From the NCBI GenBank assembly GCA_963924565.1, contig OZ004612.1, positions 7,502,001-7,566,000 of the forward strand: a stretch of DNA of 64,000 bases, read 5' to 3'. The DNA is from Ascidiella aspersa. Its lineage: Eukaryota. The notes under the pieces are model-generated. The model did not search any database. It was not told where the DNA came from and saw nothing but the letters and a program-made list of their open reading frames with translations. Positions 37,601-49,600 of the stretch are shown piece by piece. A program made the position numbers and the translations under genes. Within the stretch, counting starts at the first letter, position 1. Each line of letters starts with the position of its first letter.

Positions 37601-40600
37601 ATTGATTTCAGACATCAATGTGGTCTCTAAACCGCTCTTAGTTTTATCCCTGGGTCACCTATAATCTCAATCGATGTCACCCCAGAATGTTTACGTTAAA
37701 GCTCTATATATCTTTTAAGAAGAAAAAACAAAGACAAAGACGCCATGCCTTGCAAAACACCTGTGTAGCCGGTTAGCTCCTGGATGTTGATGATAGGGTT
37801 GACCGCCAGTGACTCTTCGTGAAGGCGCGATGAGTCTTGAAGCCGTCGTTGGGCGCGTTCGGCGATGCACTCTAACGAGCTACGGTACTGTCGGTTTGCG
37901 AACACAGCCGCCGCATGCGGGAACTTGCCCTGGCCAACTGGAGTCACCCCATCGAGGGCCACCATGCCAGCGGCCGACTGTAGTGCGTGCTGGTATTGGT
38001 AGTGCTCCCTGCTACTGGCGTAGTACTCAGCTTGAGGGTTCAGCGCGGCTGGGTTAAGCTCGGCACCGTGCTGAGCAGGGTAGCCTGGCACTGGTGACAC
38101 CTCGCTGTACAAGTAATGGCCGCCACTCTCGGTGGGCGTGTTGCCCCGCTGCGAGTAGGCGTGTCCGTCGGCGCCCATCGCCATGTTGCCCCCGCCCTGG
38201 GGCAGCATCTTGAGTTCGGACACGTTCTGAGCGCCGTTGAGCTGCGTGTAGAGGTTCTCGCCGTGCGCCGCGGCCAGCTCAGCCTGGAACTCGGCCACGG
38301 AGGCCGGAATAAGCTGGGCCTGTTGGGCCGCGGCAGCCGCTGCCTCGTAGCTACTGCCCGGGTAGGCGTAGGCCCCGTAGCCTACGAACTGAGGCGACGA
38401 AGTGGCGTTGTTGCTAAAAGCGGCTGCCGCAGCGGCGGCCGCGCAAGCGTCGTTCGTCTCCGAGATCGAGTTTCTACAAAAGAAAGAGGAATAGTGATGT
38501 GATTGAAATGTGAGTGTGAATGGGGATTACGTGGTTGGTGATATTCTAAGTGGAAACAACTATAAAGAGAGGGATTGGTAGTCATTCGGACAGGTGATGT
38601 TGAGTGGTGAGAATGAGTGCGAAAAAGAGTATAGGGATTGGAAAAACAAAGAGTAAAAGCGATAATCATGATTTATGATATCTTGAGTGGGAAGGGTAGT
38701 TGTAAATTAGAATTTTGTGAGTACACATATCGTAAGTGGTAGTATCGGAAATATCCTAAGTGGTAATATCATATGGAAAATGCATGATCGAGAGTGGTAT
38801 ATCACCAGTGTAAAGGGTGATCGTGATTTGAATCACCACGATCGGCTTAAATCGCCGTTCAAAGAAATTATCATGAGCAAAAATAAAATTAACGAATAAG
38901 CGATGGTAAGTGAGCATATAAAAATGAAATGAGTGGAGAAAACAGAAGAGGTGAAAAAGAGTGATCGAGAAAAGAATTGAGTAATCGTCAGTATGTATCA
39001 TAAAAAAGGGAAAAAAATATCCCAGTTGGGGTATTGTGAAAGGGTGATCGCAAGTGATACCCTTGGCGATAGTCATATGATTAATGTGATTGGTATAAGA
39101 AGTATACGAGTGGATCGTGAGGAAAGATCATGAAAAAGGCCTATTTCACCGATAAGGGATTTTATGAGTCGGGAAATTTGTGATCATCTCGTGATATGTG
39201 ATCATTTCGTGAATATGTAATGATTTGTGAATATGTGGTCATCAGTGAATGTGTGATTATCTCGCGAATATGTGATCATTTCGTGAATATGTGATTATTT
39301 GTGAATATGCGACTATCTTGTGAATTTGTGAATATCTCGCGAATATGTGATCATTTCGTGAATTTGTGATCATCTGTTCAATATAGGTAAAACCAATACA
39401 ACACTCGTACTCATGCAAACAAAACTCTTGCTTTTTAAACTGTTACATGAATTCCTAAAATTCAATATATACAGTATATATAAATCTATTTGAAGGTTAT
39501 TGGCGAAGTCGTTCGTTTCGTTGGTTTTTGACCCATTTTTTAACTTGAAAAGTCATTTTACTTTAATAGTGTTATACTAAAATTATATAACACACTTATT
39601 TCGTCGCCCCCATCCCTGAACACTAAACGTGGTTCGTAAAAATCTAAACCTTTTTCTTGTGTCTGCTGCCTAAAAATAGCTTGAAAAAAACATTAAATTC
39701 ACCATATGTAATATTATCATATAACGCTTGTTAAGATATTATTTTTTTAATCAAACGATCAATCGAATAGTTGAGACCGACCTATTAATTTACTCTGTCG
39801 ACTTTCCCCAAACGGAAGGGGGATTTTCTATTTTCGAAGAACTTTTTCCGCTTTAAGTTGGCTGAGGATGCAAGACGTCAAAGGACGTGCGGTGCGTTAA
39901 TCATAAGGCCTTTAATAAGAGAAGGGCAGTGTGGTAGCAGGTAAGAATAAATTAGGAAATATGATTGGACACCGCGCTTACGTAATAAATAATGCAATTT
40001 TGATGTTTTACGTAGTTAACTGTAACTCTAGTACAAAGAGCGGGTCAGCTGAACAGTGGTGTTCGGTGTTTTCAGATTTTTGCCTATATAAACTGTCCAA
40101 ACAGCTTTTCTATTATTCGAGTTATGGGAAACTGTAATGACATATAAAAAATTACGATTTTTGTGTTGAAAAGAGCATTTTAAGATTTGAAAAAATATTT
40201 CAAATAAGGTATGTTGTCGCCGTTTTTTTTTCCAAAAAAAACAAACATGTACTTAATTTAAAACGCCGCAACTTTTGAGAATAGAAAGCATTTCTTTGTT
40301 GAAACATCCCATCTGGCCAAAAAAAACTGTATGACCTTATAAACGCCACCTGGGACTTCGCCGTCGTGCCATGAAAAGGATGGCGAGCGAAAAAAGCTAA
40401 AACTCTACTGTTTAAGCAACCTTGCGCATCTGCTTTGACAAGGCCCGTGCGCAAGATTTCGCGCGTAAACGGAAGTGACGTCACGCCAATCGTCTACGTC
40501 ACGGCTGTGCGACCTGTTGCGGGCCGTACGGTCGATTATTATTATGCACAGCAGCTATAGGCCGGGATGGCTGCTATAGAAACAAACTTGAAACATGGCA

Positions 40601-43600
40601 GTGACTAAGTGGACATTTAAAAGAAATAATTTATGGAAGGTTTTTTTTTTTCCTTTTGCTGCAAAACGTGCACTGTACTATGATGTCTAACTCAAATTGG
40701 CTTGTATTTCTATCTTTGTATACACACGACATGAGCTCGAAAGAATATATTGCAACAAAAACAGCAAGAAAAACAAAGCAGATAAAACTTAAAAAACAAA
40801 GCAGATAAAAAACTTAAAACTTAATAAATGGAAAACACTAAATAAAACAACAAGCTTTAAAGAAGCGACGTTGCAATGTTGAAACAAACAAAAATTAGTA
40901 AAACACACTTCGTGGGAAAACAATTCAAAACGAAAAATACCGCCAAACAAACTAAAGATATAAACGAAAACAAAAACTGAAAAGGAAGTCAATCATAGAA
41001 AAACTAAATTCACAAAATAAATCATAAAAATTGACTACGAAGAAAGAAAATAAAAATTTGCAGCCTATAACAAAAAATGTAAACTTAAAAATATTGCAAA
41101 ACAAAATGTGCCAAAAGAAATCATATAAAATAAAATTCGAAAAATACATTACACGGATAAGGTAACAATGAAATAATATATATAAGAAACAAATAATAAA
41201 AACGAAATCATAAAAACTAAATGAGCTGAAGAAAATCTTGTCTAAAAATAATAATCATCACAAAAAACGTGTGAAAAGACCACGTGTGTTACCTTTTCCC
41301 GGCCGGATCTGGGGGGCTGTGCTGGTGCGCCGATGACGCCGCTCGGGGAAAGCCCCCAGGCCCCACGGCACCTTCCCGGGGCTGCACGGCGTTGGGTTCC
41401 TTAAAGACGTGCTCCTCGGTGCCGGGGGCCCCAGGGTGCCGGCCGGGGTACTCCTGGCCCCCGAAGTTGTAGTAGTGCTGTACACTGTCGGCGCCGTTCA
41501 ACTCACAGGCACTCGTGTAAGCGGCCTGGGTCAAAAAAGAAAGGCTTTTCTCAAAACTACTATGAACAAAATTAGGCAACTTACTAGTTGAAAATAAAAC
41601 ATGGCAAAGAACCAAGGTTATAAGTTATTGACAGGAGTTTCTACCCTATACTTGGAAAACAGTTAAACAGTTTTACTAAAGAAAGATCAGGGCCTAAATT
41701 GAGTAAGGTGTACTTCGCTATCATTTATTTAAATAATTTTCAGCGTACATCATCAAACAATTTGAACATAATAAATAAGTCAAAATGTTTAGAGTTATTA
41801 GGCTTGCTCAAATAAGGACTTTTTTAAGCCACTGAAAGTGGTGCATTTGAAATAGCGATGTCAAATAGTTTCAGCAAAATCTTTATCTGAAGATGAAATT
41901 ATAACATCTTCATGTTTGTTTTCCTGTGCTAAACAAAGTAAGCTTTCTTTGCGGATTTGAGACTTTCATTCATGGTGACCTTAACACGTTTTCAAAGATT
42001 TTGGCAGCTGTCGCCTGTTTGCAATGCGTTACATGATGACCGTGCAATTCGAATGCAACCTATATTTGGTTGAAATGAATTTCCAAATAGGACAAAGCAG
42101 TCAAAGGTGGACGGGTAAAACTGGGGTTGAGAGGATGACACTCACATGTGGTAAATGCTTTTTTAACCACTAAAATTGGGCCAAAGATTTAGCGGTTAGC
42201 AAGTTATACGATTACGAAACCCAGCAAGGCCGTACCGAGCATATGTTCCCAGGACAAAGGCGTTTCCACTTCCCTCCGTCACAATGGCAAGACTAGCATG
42301 TCTTCCTCTACACTACCACTTTGTTTCGAGGCCGAATCGCCGCAACCGGTAATCACGATTTTTGGGCCTTGGTCACGTTTTTACCCACTGGCCTGCTGGT
42401 TTGGGGCGGGGCGAACAGTTGGCATGGACTAACATACGGTAAGCCCCAATGGACGCTGATGTAATGCCTTGAATCGGCATATTTAATGGCAAAGTTTGCG
42501 GAGGTCGAAACTGGACAACGAATAAGTATTAAACCACATAAAGTTGTATAATCCAGTACGAAAGTTTATAGGTAACCTTTAGTGGATGTTTTGAATCCAA
42601 CGTTGTCAAGTTTTGATATTAAAACGTCTATAGTTTTACAGTTTTACACATTGATCAACGAAGCAACGTGGAAGTCATTTAAAAATAGAGTTAGCTCCAC
42701 CAGGCAACATATCAATAAATATAAATCGCTCTTCTGGTGTAAACGAAGTATAAACCGACGTTTCGGCAGCAGATACCAGCTGACCTCATCAGGGTTAATA
42801 ATTAAAACGAGAGTGCGTTAGCCATATTATCGAAATAAATTCGCCGTTAAACTGGATAAAACAGGACTATCCAAAGAGTATGGGTTCAAAACTTATTCAA
42901 TATTATGCACGTTTTTAATTGTTTGCAATTAACGATAATATCAATATGTATAACAAAACAAAGTGTGCTCCTGGAAAATTCGCATGTTTTATACTTTTGT
43001 GATACATTAAACACATGCTTACATTGTCAAGTTTACATAAAATAACCTTGAAGCTACATAAAATAACCTTGATTAAAAAATGGGTTAAAAAAGTAAAAAA
43101 AAAAACTGTTTCTGAATTATATAAAACTTTCGGGGTGTTATAGTCCCTCTGGGATTTCTATTGCCAGTTTCTAGAAAAAACGGCAATAAATGTCCTGGTA
43201 ATGTCTCAGATGAATATTTTCAACGTGACGTTTGGCTGTTTGATATTTAATGAATGCACCAGAAAGCAGCTTGAGAAAAGGTGGCATTTCGACACAGGTC
43301 GAATATAGGACGAACGGAAGAATCACCTTTGGTCAGCTTTGCCCAGCTTTGCCATGTCAAGAAGGCATTCAGTTTTTTGTGCTACCTCTATAACAGCAAC
43401 GTCACGAGCGCTGTTATTTGAAACCGGCAACGTGCGTTTCTCTAATGGCCCAAGTTCGTCGCAACGTGTAAATCAGTGCCCCGAGGAAGGAGGTTTCGAG
43501 TGGTGACAATCCGAAATATTTCCAACTAAATTGCCTTCTCGCAGCGGATTTGCGCCATCGTACTTAAATAGCTTCCACTACCGCGGCCTAGGACACATAA

Positions 43601-46600
43601 CTGCATACACCGAAGGGATGTAATCGCAATAACGACGGGTTTACACGTCCGCTTTAAACGCAGGCTTGCACCCTTATTTCTCATTATTTTATCGCGCTAA
43701 TGTACTTCCAACCAGTAAAGTTTTAAGTGGCCGAAAATGTCACCTAAACCCACTTTATTGCCCTTAAATTATACTTGCAACAGCAAAACTAGTTGGTTCT
43801 TATAAAAAATTAGTTTGATTTAAAAAAATGAACCTAATGTTTTTTTTAAATCCGTTTCAGTTTTGTTTTTGTCTTTTAAAATTACAACGGTCCCTAAAAT
43901 TGTCGAGTTAAACAGTAGGCTTTATTTAAACCTTCTAGGCATAACTCTCTATTATTTGGACAAAATCTTGTTTTCATAAAATGGCAACCAGAAACAAAGT
44001 GACTTAAACACAGGTGACATTTCGTTTCTTGACGGCCCAAAAATCAAAGCCCCGAAAAATGCGGGGTCTAACGTAAACATACCGACGTAGCAAGTGTCTT
44101 TCTCAAGCCTGGTTCTTTGAGAAATACGTCTTCCGGGGAATCCGAACCAGGCCCACGCCCGAAAAGTCACGACCGCAGGAAGAGAGCGGGAAATGACGTC
44201 ACTGATGACGCAGGGCACGCGAAACGGCGGATGGGGGGAAGGGGAGGGGTCGAAGGTGGTGGCGAGAAACAACGCGCGAATCAACAGTGATTACGCACGG
44301 TAACGTACGCCTAAGCACACTTTGCGATGACGTTTTACACGAAGGCAGGTTGAACAAAAGAGCCGCCAGACATTTACTGGGGCGCGTCGTTTTCAGGTTT
44401 GCCAACAATGGTAATAATTGCAACAAGAATATAGGAGATTGACTTCATTTCTATACATTATTTAAACTGGTCATTTTGTTCGGGTGATGGTGCGATTTTA
44501 GAAAATATCCTTGGGCCATTTGGTGTTTTTTCCTTTATCGGCTGCCCACAACTAATAGCATTTGCAGCCGAGTTATGGTTTAAGAAGTAATTTAAAGCAC
44601 AAACTCCAATCTACCTTACTATACAAAACAAAAATGCATTGTGCTGTTTGCTTTACCTTCGGAAAATATCATTGTGTTCGTTGCATGACTCTAGTAAACT
44701 CTATCGTTACGTAACGAAGTTATTTTGTGTTAACTCCCTAACTTCGTTAGGGTTTTATGAGATCGATGTTCAAAACGCGTTTGTACAAAACAAGTTCGAT
44801 TAATTAACCTCTGTGTAAGCCCAGCAACCTTTCACGAAAGAGCTTAAAGTCCCGTTGTTTAGAAAACGCATACAAAGATAAGTTACTCGCATGCTAAATC
44901 CATGTAATAACGCATCCCGTGTCACGAACGGATGCCATCGGGCTTTTATAGTAAATTGAAAGCGGATTCGCAGGCTCGGTCGCGCCGCTAGATCGTCCGT
45001 CAAAGGCCTTTTTCGATGATGTATTCGCCAAATCAAGCAGGTTAAGCGAGTTGCTATGGTGTAAGCAATACACAGCAGGTGCCAAGTTTTAAACCTATGC
45101 TCAAGTAGTCATGGTTTATTTTGTGCTTCAACTATTTTAAATGCTGAACATTCTTAATACATCACACTAAACAACCAGAACAACTTTTTTATGCCATATA
45201 TTATTTTTTTAGTTGTGTCAATTTTTACTATTTATTTAAACAAACAGCTAGGAGTAATTATAAATTTTAAGTCCTAATAACTTAGTTAGGAACGAAATAA
45301 ATAAAATATTTTTAGTTACAGATGTTGCTAAAACTCGTGTTTTTATACAGAAAAATCAAAGCTCGATTAAATTTAAAAAGTTTTTCGTTTCTAAAGTGGT
45401 CGCGTAGATAAAGTAATATTGTATGATTTAAATAACATTTTCAGTTTTCAACTAAACTTGCAAACAACTCGAACTTCCCCAAATGCGTAAACGCCTAACG
45501 CATTGCGTTGGGTATTTTCCGTTACGCAAATATACAAATAGACACGACAAATGCCCAACGAGAACAGCATAAGTACCAGTGTAAATGCGTCACTTATACG
45601 GGCAGATGCGAATTGCGTATAGGCAATTTGTCACTAAATGTTATTGATGCGTTAGAACGGTACATTTGATATAATTAAGATGACGAAATCGTTAATTGAT
45701 GTATACAATAAGGTAATGCGTGATCGATCCCTATCATATATGCTAAGATGGTGTATCCCTCCCTATTTTATCTACAACATAGCCTATTGCTTTATGTTTT
45801 GGGATCGTTTCCGTTTTGAGCGTTAACGCCAAGCGTCATGGTGAAATGACAAAACGAATGAATACAAGGCGATAGTTCTGTAACATAGTTTCTTGTCATC
45901 AAACAGTACAACCTGTATAACGCCCTTTGTTTTTGCCTTAACCACCGGCAAAATGACGATAATAATCAATACACAATTAATTATCTCAAAGTTTCCTCTA
46001 ACGTGCCTCGTCAGAAGTAAGAAAATCAAAAAATGTTAAAACAAGAAAAAAAAAATTTAAAAGTAACACCCTCGCATATAAAAAAATGCCTATTATGTAG
46101 TCTTTCTGGTGAGGCTTGTAAGCCTGTCGGTCTATTAAAAAATGTAAGAGCAAGCTGAAAGCTAAATGAAGCCTGTGGAGAGACTCGACCCACTTTACTG
46201 GCCATAGCGGTACACGGTCGCTTTAACTCCTGGGCAACTTAGGCTCGCTGAAGCAGCAAATCGAGAACCAACCAAAATATTGCATCTTAATCGCATTAAT
46301 AATTAAATCTGTGATATACAGAACTCTACGTGCCACAAAAAAACTGTAATCTAAAATTCCCAACCGTTTTTGTTTTTGTTATTTGGCTTTGATAAACCTT
46401 CAAAATGTCGTTTAAAGTGGTTTCTTTTGAAACAAGGTGGTACACAGCGACAATAAAAATCCAACAAGTGATAGGTGGCCAAACAACAGGTTGGACTATT
46501 GACATTTAAGCTGTAAAAGCAACTAACTATACCGAGTGTTTATTTGGTTTTTGGTTTTAATAATTCTAAGTCAAATCGTTTAAAGTGGTTTCTTATTAAA

Positions 46601-49600
46601 CAAGGTGGTACACAGCTTTAGGAAAAACCAATAGTGATAGGTGGCCAAACAACAGGTTAAACCAATGATATTTAAGCTGGTGAAGCTAATATATATATAT
46701 ATATATCTACCTGAACACCGTCGTTGTCAGCAGCTTGTATTGGAAGACGCTGATGGCCGCCGTGGAATCCGAGCCGGTTCGAGCCCCACAGCGCCTCCAC
46801 GTGGTCGGAGTAGCCGGAGTCGGAGCCGGGACTGGAGAGGGTTGCCGAACACGACTGCCTCCACGCTGCTGCTGTAAAGAAAACCGGTGTGAGTTCGCGT
46901 AAATAGTACAGAAGGCTTGTTAAAGTTTCAGGCGTTGATGTAGAACTTTTTTTACCGGAATTACATGAAATTTTTTAGAGATGATGTCAAAAAGTGACGT
47001 CGTCACGGGACGTCTAAGTATTCTTAGGAGAACTGAGGTTAATTTTGCATGTAGTGCACAGATATGCAACTAACAGTTTAGTTTAAATGCATCAAGGAGA
47101 TGACGGGATAGCCTGGTGAGAAAATCACATGCTGCTGAAAAGAACAACATTTTGTTTTACCAGGACGGCGTATCTGCAAAAAATATTTTAGCAGAACCCC
47201 GTTACGAACCGTTCAGGTTTACTTTTACCAGTCACCTCAATAAATTGCTTGATTGGTCTTTAAAGTAGTGTTTTTAACCTGAACAGGTGTTACACAACAG
47301 ATTCAAGGTCCGATAAACATCTTTGTACGTTAAATACTAATCGATTTTAACGCATATATCTCACAAGAATTAAATCTGGATATATATCTATCCAAATAGG
47401 TTGCCCCGAAATAGGTTCAAAGCGCGGAACGAAAATGCTTGGCGCGATATTTTAGGATGAGACTTCAATCACAGTTGCTGGCCACGCCTAATTCGAATTA
47501 ATGGGGTATTGTTTCTCTTTTATAGACTTATATTTGGTGCATGCCATGCATTGGTTGTATTGTAACTAGTTGGCTATTCTGGTTATTCTACGAAATATTC
47601 AGTTGAGGCTGTTTTTTGCATTCAGTTATTGAAATCAAATGTGCTACTAAAAATTCCACATGATACCAATAAAGATTTTGTAAAAGGGTAGTCTAAATGG
47701 TGACCTTTACGTTGTGTAAGACAACAGGCAGAAACAGTCAACGGTGCTAGTCGTCTGGTTTAGATCACTGATTGCAAAACAAAAATATGCAAACATGTGA
47801 CGCGCGTCTCGCGTATATTTGCGATCTGAATAGAGTGACTGCTGACTGGGTATAGACAGTGTGTGTTGTTGTGTACTTTGATTGGCGCCTATTGTTCAAT
47901 TGAGTAAGCGTCTGCAACGCGAAGCGGCTTAATCATCAGAAACGATGATTTGATTGCATTTTGTTGTGCAATTTGAAGACCAATAATAATGAAGGTTGTT
48001 TAATAGCAAAAGCAAAATTTGTAAAGCGTGCTGGAAACCCTGAAGAAATATCATCAAGAATATTCACAAAAAATTTTTTTTGGCGGTTACTACTGCCGTT
48101 AAAAGGATGTTTACCACTCATATCCATGTACAGATAGTGTGACCATTTTTTCGGCAATATACTGCGACCACAACGGTCATATAAAAACTATACGAAGCAT
48201 TCACGATCCTAATTTGTTCGTCAGCTTCCGATGTCCAATGTGTGGCATGGTTTAACAGTGAGTGAACCAGAACTGCCAATTTCGGTTAGTATTCAAAAAT
48301 CTGGTCACTATCAATGGTTGACCATAATGATGTTCAGAACGGCATTAAATTTGAAGCTAAAACGACATGCGATAAGTACCGATTGCAAAACTATACTTGA
48401 CGATAAGTTTTAACACATGGCGTAACTCCATTTGACATTTATACGCATATTAGTTGGCTTTGTCCAGCATCAGACTTATCAGGAATACGAAACTGTGACT
48501 AATAGAAGTATTTTAGTTAACACGCCTTCGAGTTCAATTCGTGCCCTTAAATAGATCAACTCAATGCGTAAGAGATAGAAAATCATTTTCCACTATTGTT
48601 AGCTTCGTAAAGAAAACGCCCGACATCAACTATAACCAGACGAAGGTTTGCAGGGATCGAAACCGCGCTATAACAGAAACCAAAATGGCGGAAACCAACA
48701 CGCATTACGCGCCATTTTGATATTGGGCCGCCAGACTGACATCTGCTGAAATAAGCGTACGCGTTTTTATGCTTTTTGGTCGGGACGCGCCAAATGAATA
48801 AAAGTCGTCCTTTGGACGCGTAAAGGCAAAGTAAAACAAGGTTTAGCATTTCGACTTTGTGTGAACATCTTATATGTTGCTATCACCTGCCACTTTTAAC
48901 TGCTTTCCAATTATTTTTGGCGACTGTGTTTCTAGGGCGCTTGAATTGTTTTATCGCGACCCTCTTTTGGGGTCGCCGTGTAGTATTTGATAAAAAGAAC
49001 CGCCATAAGAAATAAGCAAAATGAACTAAAGGTTTTGCAGTATAAGGATCTAAAGCAACCGCCAGTCTAACTTTTGTGTTTATGTGGCGTTTGCTGAATT
49101 GTACCAGTCGTGTTTATGACGTCACCACTACACTTTTCAATTACCGAATTAAGCGTTATTTAAACAATGTCCAATAAAAAATAAATGAACGCTTAAACCG
49201 AACTTTAGCTTGTTGCGCATACTTAAACCGAACTTAAGTCAAATTTTGATACAATCCGTCTTAAGTTTTTCCCGAACTGAATTTTCACAATTTAAAAGTG
49301 TGCTGCTTATTTACTCTGGTTCATGTATCATACACTATAATTGGGGGGTGGCGCAAGTTATCGATAACCTAAAAGTTGTCGCGAGAACAAAAAGGTTTGA
49401 AACCACACTGGCTTAGAGCGTACATTTATAAACATGAAAATCGCGAGGCAATTTAACTGGCCGAAACCCCGGTTCCAGCAGCGGCAATGATTTATTTCCC
49501 ACTTCCAGCTGGTGAAAGATGGCTTCCAAAACTGCGGCCAATGACACACTGTCCGCAGGTTAGGTGCCGCACAGAGGAACGCCTGCAGCCTTAGACCAGT

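Noticed and set aside
39175-39376. CRISPR-like array
   Set aside because: Contiguous degenerate units with no unique spacers, in a eukaryotic intron, and no cas genes.
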